Positions 25,085 through 37,349 of a DNA stretch of 64,000 nucleotides are shown in pieces. The stretch covers positions 21,886,001 through 21,950,000 of the forward strand of contig NW_027266286.1 of NCBI RefSeq assembly GCF_022045235.1. The letters are read 5' to 3'. Numbering within the stretch: position 1 is the stretch's first letter; every line of letters starts with the position of its first letter. The notes under the pieces are model-generated. The model did no database searches, was not told the DNA's origin, and saw nothing but the letters and a program-made list of their open reading frames with translations. A program made the translations under genes and the position numbers. The DNA comes from Haliotis cracherodii (Eukaryota).

Positions 25085-26161
25085 ATGGCACAGATACATC
25101 TCCCCACATACACAGGTCAGCAGGAGGCTGAAAGTTGGTGGGCAGATTTCTACAATTTCAACTTCCTCCATGGTCACACAGACCCCCAATCCTGTAGAAT
25201 TCTGCCCTTCTACCTGGACGGAGCTGCTAAAGTATGGTTCAGGGACCTGCCTGCGCACACACAGCTGGACATCCACTTGCTGAAAGCGGCCTTTCAGCAA
25301 CGATTCCGAAGTTCATCAGCTTTCAATTTGAGTCTTCTTGACATGACACAGAAGGAACAGGAGGACGTTGGAGACATCATCACCAGGGTCCAAGCATCCG
25401 CGTTACACTCCTGCTTACCACAGTATGTGATAGTAGCCATTGCAATCAATGGGCTACTCCCACAGATTAAGCAGTGGGTGTATATGAAGGAGCCATTGAC
25501 CCAGGATGAGGTTCGTCACCACGCCCAACTGGCCGTACAATCGCAGGCCCCAAGCAAGGAATAGGTCAGCTTGTTCCAACAAGTTGAGAAATTAACGAAC
25601 TTGGTGACCATGCTGATCACTACAAACAAGGTCTGTGCTGTACAATCAGCAACTCGCTCGTCCCACCATCAGCAGCACGAGCCCCAGGTCCAGCAGCAGC
25701 CACCCTCCCCATCACGAAGATACCACCAGCAACCACAACAGGAACCATGCCAACTACAAGAGGATCCATACCAGTCACCACAGCAGTACCAACCACAGCA
25801 GGATCCATACCAGTCACCACAGGATCCATACCAGTCACCACAGGAACCATACCAGTCACCACAAGAACCATACCAGTTACCAAAGGAGCCATACCAACCA
25901 CCACCACAGCTGAACCAACAACTACAACATCATTACCAGATACTACAGGAACAATATCAACCTACACAGGAACAATACCAACCATCACCACAGCACTATC
26001 AGCCACCACAGAAGGAGTATCCAGTCCCATCACCTCAGCCCAACCACACAGCACAGCAACAACAACAGACGCCACCCTTCTACCCGTACAGCTCCAGCAA
26101 CAGTCAACGTCTGCTAATTCCACAGCACCTTCAAAGCAGGTGGACTACATTTAAAAGGTGA
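25085..26161 (+). pseudogene. Gypsy gag with Q/P-rich repeat region, one in-frame stop at 25562
   Basis: LPFYLDGAAKVWF and MTQKEQEDV retrotrans_gag motifs. ORFs 25085 and 25571 share a frame. Confidence 0.85.
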
Positions 26162-26339
26162 AATTCCTTCCACCTATACAGATGTTCAAGTCAAGGGTCT
26201 AACTGGCCTTGCTCAAGAGTATGACATACATGATGGTATTCTGTACCACTTCTATCATGCAAAGCACAGAGGTCAGAAAAATAATCTCCCTCCTATGGTA
26301 ATGCAGATAGCTGTCCCTGTCTGCTGTCGCAAATAGCTT

Positions 26340-27794
26340 CTTTTTGCCTACCATGATTCCAAAGCTGGTGGTTGCCACTTTGGACGAGATGCCACTCGTC
26401 AGACAATACTCCCAAAGTATTACTGTCCAGGCTTATACCAGGATATTGAGAATTATGTCAAGTCCTGTGATGACTGTGATGAAGGACAAATGCCAAGCCA
26501 GCACCAATGGTGCCCATGCCTATTGAGGACACATTCTCTCTTCTCCATGTCGACATCCTTGGGCCACAAGGAAGGTTATAAGTATGTTCTCCTTGCAGTT
26601 GATTCCTTCTCACGCTGGACAGAAGGTTTCCCTGTGTGCATTCAAGAAGCCTCTGAGGTTGCATCAATCCTGTTCACTGAGGTCTTCTCACGGTTTGGTG
26701 CTCCCCGTACACTTCTTACTGACAGAGGTAGGCAGTTCACTTCCAAGCTTGCAAATGCTCTCTGTGAACTCCTCGATATCAAGCACTACTACACTTCGTC
26801 CTACCGCCCCAAGACTAATGGGATGTGTGAAAGGAGGAACAGTGTCATAGAGCAGGCTCTCCGAACATATGCTGACCCTGATCAGACCAATTGGGCCAAA
26901 CTCATTCCATGTGTAATGATGGCCATGCGCAATGTACCTTGTCAATCTACAGGGTATTCATTCAGGAAATGAATCTTCCTTTTGACACAACCTTGCTGCC
27001 TAAATCTACCCTCGGCAAAGATACACAGGGTCATCTTCAAGATCTCTTGAAAAATCTGAATGTGGCAAAATCCCTTGCAAAGGACAACATGTCTGCTGCT
27101 CAGGATAAAAGCAAGAATCTTCAAGATATCAATCAGAGCCAAGGACACTTCATTTGCAGTTGGTGATCAGGTTCTCATGACTGATCCAACTGTCAAAACT
27201 GGCCTTTCCCCCAAACTGTCAAAGAAATGGATCGGACCTTACAGAATCATTCACATCGGTCTAAACCATACATTCAAACTAAAGAACACTAACACAAACA
27301 AAGAACATAAATCCTTCATTCATGCCAACAGACTTAAAACTTAAAAACCTCCAACCCCTCGAAGACAACCTGCACAACCCGCTCCGCATCTAGCAACACC
27401 CACTCAGTCGATGGCCTAAAAGCCCGACAATCCTCGTAGAGAAGCCTCACAAACAGCTCAGCATCAATCAACTCCAACTCAGTCAACATCCTCCCATCCT
27501 GACAATCCTACCACAACACAGCACACTTCCGCAGAGCATCCCATTATGCTACCCACTATGAGTCCCACATCATCTGCCCAACCAGATGATTAACTTTATG
27601 CTGTAAAAAGCATACACAAAGCTAAAAAGAAGTCAGGAGTAACTCATTACCTAATTGAATGGAAAGGTTACCCCCAACGCACCTGGGAACCTGCCTCCAA
27701 CCTTAGTGCGGAAATGATAAGTGATTACCATACATTTAGAACAGGATCTGGTCACAGACGGAAACGGAAACACAGATATTTTGCAAAATCATAG
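26340..27794 (+). pseudogene. Gypsy integrase (Zn finger, DDE core, GPY/F) plus C-terminal chromodomain, frameshifted
   Basis: YHDSKAGGCHFG; VDSFSRW, LTDRGRQF, TNGMCERRN; KWIGPYRI; YAVKSI...YLIEWKGY...TWEPASNL. No PR/RT/RNase H recognisable between gag and IN. Confidence 0.9.
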
Positions 27795-29333
27795 GTCGTG
27801 ACCTTCCATGCTATTCCTCCTGGCAACAAGTCATCATTTGTCAAGGTAGATGAGCTCTGACCACCCCCTACAGGTAATCAAATTGCCTTGTGTTCTGTGA
27901 GTGCTATGCAGTGAACTGTTGTGGCCACAACTTTCTAGCATCAATGGTCATCCCATCTGACTTGTACTTTGGTTTCTTTTTGTCTTTGGTCCATCATGGG
28001 TAGCCACTATCCTTGAGTTCGGCTGATATTCGTGCCTCCTGTCCTGAGTGAACTTGCTTTGCCTCCAATCCCTAACTATGATACTTACACGTCAACTACC
28101 GTTAATCTCTCGTTGTCATCACCACCTTAATGGACTACAATGTTTCCATTCTGTTAGGAATCTTGGCTGTTCCTTGGGCAGCATTCCTCATCCTTGTCTC
28201 AAAATCTCAACTGTATTCTCCAAGACTTGAGAGTGTCACAATTCCAAATCTTCCACACACTCTGTGTCCTTCCTATTGGCACATCCAAACTCCTTCTGGT
28301 GTCTCACTTCCCGCACATTCACAAACTCTTTAAGCACCTCTTTGCCGCATATATGCTAATATTTCACCATGGATACTTTTAAATCGTAGCCCTAGCATGA
28401 TGTGAAATGTTTCACAGTGTAAGGGCAAATTGTTCGGGAACGCTAAAACATCCCTCATCACACAACCTTTCCTCAATCCATATTATGTATGTTCATGTTA
28501 ACTGGTTTCCACTTCACAGAAATGCTTGTTCATTACTTCAAATTGTCATTTTTCTTGTAGTTAATGTGTAGGTATGTTTCAGAACCTTTGTAATGGAAAT
28601 CATGTGCCTTGTGTTTTCAACTTATCAAACTATCTTCATTCACACGTTGTTCATGTCCAACGTAATCTATTGTATCGTTGTATTTTGATTATCTAGGTAC
28701 ATTTGCTTTATTTTGAATCCTTTTTTTTTGGCTTTTGAGGACAAAAGCTCCTCGACGCTTAGGGGTATTGTTACAGTGCATATATTTCATTATACTTTTT
28801 ATATTTTTCACAAATTAAACTTAAACTATGAAATATGAAAATTCTGAAGTCGCTAGACCAGTATTTCTCGTTTTTTTATCGCCACTGGTCGACCATGACG
28901 TCTGCTCCTTGGCAAGCTCATACACACAAAAACTAAATTACGTAATCATAGATAAAGTCCGCGTGTCACCCCAGAATAAAATCTCCCGTACGGTATACAT
29001 TGTGGACAGACAGCCAATAATTTATTAATGTCTCACTTCTGTACATACATAAAACAGCTTTGTACAAATAAACTTTGATATAATATACAGAACCATTCAA
29101 TAGAATTATGAGAGATTATTAACAGAATATCCCACTGCTAAGTATATGATAAATTGTTGAATTAACATTTGATAAGATTGAGAATTAAGTGTGTGTATTT
29201 TCAATACATCTTAGACTGGTGAGTCGTCTGCTCGATGATAACCAGCCTACTCATATTTTTACCCTTTTCCCCATTGTTGGAAAGTGTGTCGTCTGCTACC
29301 CCAGCTGGAGCCATCTGGTAACAATTAATCACA

Positions 29334-29522
29334 AGCTGTCAATATACAATACATTATAATACATCAAGATGGCAGTTTCCATGTAAAGATTAAGTATTTC
29401 TAAGCAACCTAAAGATATGCACAATATCTAGATAAATGTATCTTTAATTTGCTTAGAAATACTTAATCTATACATGAAAACTGTCATCTTGATGTATGAT
29501 TCTGTTTTGTATATTGACAGCT
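29334..29522. repeat. ~190-bp palindrome (foldback/MITE)
   Basis: AGCTGTCAATATACAA...TAAGTATTTCTAAGCAA arm mirrored by TTGCTTAGAAATACTTA...TTGTATATTGACAGCT. Confidence 0.85.
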
Positions 29523-29815
29523 GGCGATTGAGTATGAGGTTATACTGTATCATTTTTACTGTTTTGATATTTTGCAATATGTTGTGGTCATCAGTTATGC
29601 AAATCAGTTTCTGTGTGTCTTTTTAACAAGGTGTTTTTCATTAAGATTCACCGCCAGCCCGATTGTAACAATTACATGTGCACTTTGCTTTGACGATGCT
29701 GGTTGATGTTGTTCAATACAGGCTGGCGGTGGGTGTTTTAGAATCTATTCTACATGCTAATCATTTCGGGAAGATGATACACATTTCTCTATATTTTGGG
29801 TTACTTTGCTTATAA

Positions 29816-30990
29816 AATTTCCTATTATCATTCTTAGTTTTACTTTTTCTCTTTGGCTGCGGTGATATCCATCCGAATCCAGGACCTTTGCATAGTCCAG
29901 ATTTAAAGATTATATATCTAAACGTACGCTGTCTTAAAGACAAAGTAGATTTAATCAGTGCTGAATTAGATAGTTATGATGTTGTATGTTTCAAGCAAGG
30001 ACTGGTCGGCTCGGAGTCAGTATACTGTGTCTGTGTGGGGCATTTTAGCGAGTGTGCTTATAAATCTTTTTTCAAAATCTTTGACACGAAAATAATTCCT
30101 ATTCTTTCCTATGGTTCAGAAATATGGGGTTTTGCAGAGGCTAAAGAAATTGAATCCGTACATTTATACGCATGCAAAAGATTTTTTGGTGTTAAACATA
30201 GTACGTCAAATGTAATGGTTTATGGTGAATGTGGTCGCATGCCCTTGTATATATATCACTACTTAAAAATCATAAGATACTGGTTAAAATTACTAAAAAT
30301 GCCAGTAAGTAGATTGCCAAAAAAATGTTATAATATGATGCTATTGTATGAAAAGAATGGAGATCAAAATTGGGCATACAATGTTAAATGTCTACTGTAT
30401 AAATGTGGGTATGGTTACATCTGGGAAAACCAATGTTTCTTAGAGAATCATGTCATGTTCATATCGAAAATAAGGCAGACGCTTTTTGACATGTACTTTC
30501 AAACATGGAGATCTACTGTAGATGTTTCTAGCAAATGCGAATATTATAGATATTTTAAAATGCAAATATGCGCAGAAAAATATTTAACTGATGTAAATAT
30601 AAGAAAATGCAGAATATCATTAACACAATTTAGATGCAGCTCACACAGGTTAATGGTTGAAGTTGGCAGGCACAACAAACTACCCAAATGTTTAAGATTA
30701 TGTAAACAATGTTCTTTAAATGTTGTCGAAGATGAATTTCATTTTCTACATGTATGTTGTAAATATGATAATTTAAGGAAAAAATATATTGAAAAGAAAT
30801 ACTATGTACATCCAAATAAATACAAGTTTATCTCTTTAATTTCACATGTGAGCAAAACGGCTATACAAAATCTCTCTCTCTTTATATATCATGCCATGTT
30901 ATTAAGAAATGAATCCTTGTAACATTCCACATTGTCATGTATTCTGTACTATGGGCCTGTGGCCTTACAGTTATATATGAATAAACTGAT
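29816..30990 (+). mobile_element. Chimeric LINE fragment: 2A-like motif + EN N-terminus + SINE snippet + L2-group ORF2 C-terminus and 3' UTR
   Basis: GDIHPNPGP, then IIYLNVRCLK, then ILSYGSEIWG...CKQC..EDEFHFLHVC. 3' end GGGCCTGTGGCC...AATAAAC, also seen at ~21910-21940. Confidence 0.85.
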
Positions 30991-31621
30991 AACCGGTATA
31001 AAATCTGCGGGGGGAGAAATTGTACGGGGGAGAGTTTATACCGGGACAACGGCCCTTGTTCTCTTGATAAATGTTTTGTTACCAGCTGGCGCAGGTTTTG
31101 ACCATCATCTAAAACTGTAATTAAAATTTTAAAAAATTCTTATTGGGCAATACTGATACTATTCTATTACCACCTGCCCTTGTGTAGTCAACTTTGACAG
31201 CCTAGGGCAGGTAACAGAGACCGAAATTATAACTTCAAAGTAATTGTTAATGTGATACGAGTAGAGCTGTGGGGGTCTATAACTCCTTGGGTGTTGGTCC
31301 TCAGCACACTTGCTTCAATAAACCCTAAAGACCTCACAGCTCTCTTCTCTCTTGTTTCAAGGTGAGAAACATTTAAATATTCCTATTTTATGACTAAACT
31401 TCTTATTTCATTGTTATTATTGTCTAGAAAATGTTATAGTTAAGTTGAATTAGTACTGCCATATTGTAACTCTCTATCTACTGTGTACAAGTTCTAAATG
31501 ACTGCTCATTATATATATTATTTACCCTTTAATACTCAAGCACTTTCCAGTGTTGTTTGAAGTGTAATGCGTTGTGGGCTCCTCCAGTTTATGTGTCATT
31601 AATATGCGGCACCAATAGTTC

Positions 31622-32607
31622 TCTCCTATATTTCGACATTCATGATTATTTTCCCCTTCTATGTCTAACAGCATCTTTTCAAAATGCCAGATGCATATAC
31701 CGTTTATATTTCCGTGCAGTAGCGTAGCGTACTTCTAGCTTAGTCACAAACCGGTTCCTAGAAGTAACACACCTGTTTCAAGCAAGATTTATTCTATACG
31801 TAGGTCGGTTATTCCATATTTTCCGCCGACAGTCCACCGTTCAAAGGTTATATGAGCAGCTTTACCTTCCGTGTGCGCTTACAGAATAGGCTATAACAAC
31901 GCATTGCATATTTAGGTTTTATCCTCATTAAGTAAGTATTTGAATATATTGTAAAGAGTCCCGTCCCTCATATAGTTGCAACACAGCCTATACCACAATT
32001 TCATTACCGTAGTCATTTAAATACTGTTATAGTCATCCTTTATACTTCATAACAACGTACATACAAACGCGCATCGTTTAAGTATACAATTACCATATTC
32101 ATTCCATTAGCTGTTATCGTCTAGCTCCGTAAATGCGCGTAGTCAAAAGCAACACAGCCGCCGTGATTCATTACCGTAGTCATCAAAGTAATCACTACTA
32201 AAACTAATAATTACACTAACTAAAACCGAGCTATATCTTCTACCGCGTACATTCGTATCTTTATTTGGATCAAGTATTTACTTTCAGTATTTGCCGAAAT
32301 AATTATGTTGTGATAATTATTACTGAAACTACAAATATTAATGTTTACCGTCTTTTCATAAGTAGATGTCATGTTCCTCATCTAAGCAGTTTGCGCAGTC
32401 TACCGTACATGCCCTATTGAAATGTTACGACTATTCAATTTAGCTGTTAAGAAATGTTATTTGGCATTACCGTTATTATTCTAGTAAATACGGCATCTGT
32501 TGTATAATGTTACCGTACATACTCCAATATTAAATACATTGCCTTTATTATTATGCCTTTATTAGATGGACACTGTGTTAGCATATTATTATCATTATTA
32601 TCATTGT
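31622..32607. mobile_element. Unclassified ~1-kb insertion in the Gypsy 3' LTR
   Basis: Absent from the 5' LTR. AT-rich with recurrent TACCGT motifs. Confidence 0.55.
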
Positions 32608-33606
32608 ACGTCACTATTATATATAAATTGATGTAACTTGAATGATATGAGACACTTGCTTGAATAAACCCTAAAGACCTCACAGCTCTCTTCTTTCTTG
32701 TTTCAAGGCTAGCTCCCAATAGATAAGTCCCCAAAACCGAGGCCTTATTTCTAAAGGCCGAGATCGCGAGAACGCGAGAATATCCCTTACAGTATTTCAT
32801 AGTATCTAGGTCAAGTTTTCAGCACGCGGCATGCAGCTCCAAATGCACCCATGTTATATATCACGAAGTCTGGTGCATGGTCAAATCAGGCCCGGAGACT
32901 GCATCGCCTCGCTGACAGTGTAGCCCATATCGTGAATACAACCCAATTCTAATATAATGTCATCATAACCCACCCAACACCTCGTGAGGTTTCTATTTCC
33001 CTCTTTGCTTGTGGAGAGTGTCTGGGTGGTCGAGCTGCTGAACGCCTCTCTGTGTCGTTGTCTATGTTCTGACAGGAAATATCCTTGGAACCCTGGACAA
33101 GGTCTGAGCCGTAAGGGACGGAGACAAAATTGAGAAAGTTGGGAACTTCTGCCGTCGAAGTTTACTAAGGTGACATTTTGACTTGTTAATGTGGCTAACG
33201 TGGTGTCTTCTTCCAGTTACATATCGGTGTCAATAACTGAATGTTATAAGGTCAAGCAAAACAAACATAAATGAGAGCATATGTGATTGACTTCTGATTT
33301 GGTCAGGGATCGTGTGTGGTGGGTCATCACTATCATTTTAATAACATTATATATTGATAAGTAATACTATGGCTTGTTGGGTGACGTGTATTTCACTGAT
33401 AACAGGGCAACTATAGAGGAAGAGGCGTTGCTGCTTAGTCTAACATAACTGCATTGAATTCAATCCCAAATCTTTATCAAAATAATGATTTTCTCAATTT
33501 CCCTGCCAAGGGCAATCCAAGATAAATCCCCGTATAATTATAATAATACTGACATGGCTTTACAAAATTATCTATGGTCGAACACAACAAATCTCTTGTC
33601 AAGACA

Positions 33607-33883
33607 GAGGGCACGGGTGGCCCAGTCGTCTAAGGCGCCGCGATTCGCTGTGCAGAGTTGCGTCCCTTGGGCACGCTAGAAACCTTTGATTGTGGGTTCG
33701 ATCCCGGTTCGCCCCAATTATGTTTCTAGGTTTGTCAGCACCATACCCGTCCTCGTGGGTTTCACCGAAGTGGTAAACGTCTGAGACCTGCATCACTCCG
33801 GGCTTTCCTCCCACATTAAGCAGACGCGTAGCGATATAACTGGAATACTGTTGAAAGCGGAATTAAACCCAACTCACTCACTC
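33607..33883 (+). mobile_element. SINE family A copy
   Basis: Homology to family A. Confidence 0.9.
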
Positions 33884-33929
33884 TAGTAAAGACAAACATT
33901 CAGTCGGTGGATGCATATATATAATGTCA

Positions 33930-34840
33930 CATAAAAAAACAATATGGCATATTGCTGTTGTCACAGAAAAAACCATCTACATTCGGTCATTTATGTATTG
34001 TCAAATAAAACCATCCAGGCATATTGATATTGTCAAATAAAACCATACAGGCACATTGTTATTGTCACATTATACAAGCCTGGCAAATTGCTTTTGTCAT
34101 ATTAAACCATCCAGGCATATTGCTATTTACACATTAAACCATCCAGGCATATTGTTATTGTTACAGTATACAATCATGGCACATTCTTATTGGCATATTA
34201 AACCATCCAGGCATATTGATATTGTCGCATCAAACCATCCAGTCATAAATATACTGTCACATTAAACCATCCAGGTATATATATACTGTCACATTAAACC
34301 ATCCTGGTATATATGTACTGTCACATTAAACCATTCAGGGATGTATTTACTGTCACATTAAACCATCCAGGCATATATGTACTGTCACGTTAAACTATCC
34401 AGGCATAAATGTACTGTCACATTAAACCATCCAGGCATATATGTACTGTCACGTTAAACTATCCAGGCATAAATGTACTGTCACATTAAACCATCCAGGC
34501 ATATATGTACTGTCACGTTAAACCATCCAGGCATATATGTACTGTCACGTTAAACCATCCAGGCATATATGTACTGTCACATTAAACCATCCAGGCATAT
34601 ATGTACTGTCACGTTAAACCATCCAGGCATATATGTACTGTCACGTTAAACCACCCAGGCATATATGTACTGTCACGTTAAACCATCCAGGCATATATGT
34701 ACTGTCACATTAAACCATCCAGGCATATATGTACCGACACATTAAACCATCCAGGCATATATGTACTGTCACGTTAAACCACCCAGGCATATATGTACTG
34801 TCACTTTAAACCATCCGGGCATATATGTACTGTCACGACA
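33930..34840. repeat. 32-bp minisatellite with a divergence gradient
   Basis: Unit CTGTCACATTAAACCATCCAGGCATATATGTA. Degenerate on the left, homogeneous on the right. Confidence 0.95.
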
Positions 34841-35112
34841 TAGAATTAAATCTATCATGGACCGCTGATTACTAAACCCAGTGGCTCCCCATTGCAAAAG
34901 GAGTGCATTCAAACTGATCAGTCAATTTGTTTGAAACCTTTTAATCGTGTGATTGTCACATAATACAAGTTTAGCGATCAACCAGCAGATCAACTATATA
35001 CTGTACGACGGCTGTGAAGTGTTACAAGTGTCAAGTGCACATGACACAGTAATCAGGTGCAATGCCTCAATATAGAAACTTGTCGCCTGCAGGATAACAC
35101 ACACACACTTCC

Positions 35113-35902
35113 TCTCGCTGTTGACCTAGATTACACCGCATAACTCCGAATTTGCTGCGCGGTGCATGTAGGAATATGCTAACTGCAGTGATCTTTAATC
35201 CCATGTGTGGGTTGGTTGGTTGGTTTGTTGTTTAACGCCGCACTCAGTAATATTCCAGTTATATGACGGCGGTCTGTAAATAATCGAGTCTGGACCAGAC
35301 AATCCAGTGAGTAATATGTGTACACAACCAAATGCAAATAATAAGAAGCAGATAACATTCACCTCGCTGTTGACCTAGATTACACCGCATAAATCTGAAG
35401 TTGCTGCGCGGTGCATGTAGGAATATGCTAACTGCAGTGGTCTTTAATCCCATATGTGTACACAACCATATGCAAACAAGAAGCAGATAACATTCACCTC
35501 GCTGTTGACCTAGATTACACCGCATAAATCTGAAGTTGCTGCGCGGTACATGTAGGAATATGCTAACCGCAGTGGTCTTTAATCCCATATGTGTACACAA
35601 CCATATGCAAATAAGAAGTAGATAACATTCACCTCGCTGTTGACCTAGATTACACCGCATAAATCTGAAGTTGCTGCGCGGTACATGTAGGAATATGCTA
35701 ACTGCAGTGGTCTTTAATCCCATATGTGTACACAACCATATGCAAACAAGAAGCAGATAACATTCACCTCGCTGTTGACCTAGATTACACCGCATAAATC
35801 TGAAGTTGCTGCGCGGTACATGTAGGAATATGCTAACTGCAGTGGTCTTTAATCCCATATGTGTACACAACCATATGCAAATAAGAAGCAGATAACATTC
35901 AC
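35113..35902. repeat. 135-bp tandem repeat, ~4.3 copies plus a partial unit split off by a SINE C tail
   Basis: GTGTACACAACC at 35456, 35591, 35726 and 35861. Confidence 0.93.
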
Positions 35903-36188
35903 AGTCGCGCCTTAACTTGCTTCCACTCCTGTGTATAAGCTATAATAGTGTCTATCTTGTTTGATTGGTTCTGATTAAATCAAAATAAGTTCAAGTATTA
36001 AGTCATGAGACATTTAAACCTGAACTTTGCGCTTCCTCTGGTAATTAGTGTCCGACTATGCTATTATTAGACTTTAGTGTGATCCTTGGTCTGATCACAA
36101 CTATGTTAATGTTTCCGACCACAGGATGTCACAACGGAAAGCAGACGCGCCTTGATCTCAATCTTTATACAAGTACTCAATGGCGACA

Positions 36189-36462
36189 GTGAGTGAGTTG
36201 GGTTTAACGCCGTTTTTAATAGTATTACAGTTATATCACGGCTTGTCAGCTTAATGTGGGAGGAAAGCCAGAGGTGATGCAGGCCTAGACGTTTAACACT
36301 TCGGTGAGACCCACGAGCACGGGTATGGTGCTGACAAACCTAGAAACATAATTGGGGCGAACCGGGATTTGAACCCACAATCATAGATAACTGGCGTGCC
36401 CAAGGGACGCAACTCTGCACAGCGAATCGCGGCGCCTTAGATGACTGGGCCACCCGTGCCCC
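36189..36462 (-). mobile_element. SINE family A copy
   Basis: Full length, TSD CAATGGC(G/A)ACAG. Confidence 0.9.
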
Positions 36463-36857
36463 CAATGGCAACAGGCATATTTTACATAGAACAGAGTTTT
36501 TCCATACATTTACCTGTTATTTGCATATTTCTTTCTTCTTTTGTATAATTAACTTTACTCTACTATTGAACAGATATTTGACTAATTAAAGTAATGCTCA
36601 GATATATACACTAACGGGCAAAAACACTTTACCAAACATTAAACTATTTGTCGTAATTAAAATCAAAATGTTGTTAAAACATTGCTGTAAATTAATCACC
36701 TAAAGCATCGCCTGTGTTTCTGACATCCCCAGTTCTAGTCAAGGGATCTCGTGTAAAATGACTTTAAATAAGCGTGAGAGTTTGATGCACCTGAAACACA
36801 ATGTGTAGTTGTCAACTGTGGCACCTGAACCAGCGTAAAAACACAACGACCACGCCA

Positions 36858-37162
36858 GGGCTATTGACAGAAGAGGGAAAGGGCAATTGAAAGAAGAAGG
36901 AAAGGGCAATTGAAAGAAGATGGAAAGGGCAATTGAAAGAAGATGGAAAGGGCAATTGAAAGAAGAGGGAAAGGGCAAGTGAAAGAAGATGGAAAGGGCA
37001 ATTGAAAGAAGATGGAAAGGACAATTGAAAGAAGAGGGAAAGGACAATTGAAAGAAGAGGGAAAGGGCAATTGAAAGAAGAGGGAAAGGGCAATTGAAAG
37101 AAGATGGAAAGGGCAATTGAAAGAAGATGGAAAGGGCAATTGAAAGAAGAGGGAAAGGGCGA
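36858..37162. repeat. 23-bp purine-rich minisatellite, ~13 copies
   Basis: Unit GGGCAATTGAAAGAAGATGGAAA. Confidence 0.95.
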
Positions 37163-37349
37163 TAGGCAGATGCTGATGGGAGGTACACGTTACCACGTGT
37201 CAAGATTGGTCAGTTATCGGCATTACGATCAGTGGGTTGATTACATGTTCCAGGCACACTGACTATACACAGTTGACAGTGTGGTAAACCATTCCGCCAA
37301 CTAATCCGGTATCTAACGCACAACAGACAAACGGTCAATGATTTCAGCA

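Larger units (their letters stand above)
28959..31052. mobile_element. TIR element inserted in the Gypsy 3' LTR, itself carrying a hairpin and a LINE chimera
   Basis: Interrupts LTR homology. Imperfect inverted termini CCG..TGTC.C...ATAAA.TCTCCC.GTAC. Confidence 0.65.
23936..32745 (+). mobile_element. Internally deleted Ty3/Gypsy LTR retrotransposon (gag, integrase, chromodomain) with a disrupted 3' LTR
   Basis: 5' LTR ~23936-24884; PBS TGGTGGAGA (tRNA-Ala-like) at 24886; PPT AGGGGTAT then TGTTACA at 28769. 3' LTR in three pieces: 28769-28960, 31052-31621 and 32608-32745. Confidence 0.92.

Noticed and set aside
25747-26154. Mucin-like Thr-rich ORF
   Set aside because: Alternate frame of the 21-bp repeats in the Q/P-rich gag region.
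28130-28333. Hydrophobic short ORF as an env remnant of the Gypsy element
   Set aside because: Too short, with no recognisable fusion-protein motifs.
35259-37203. Repetitive ORFs of 203, 154, 111 and 93 aa
   Set aside because: Arise from the 135-bp and 23-bp tandem repeats.
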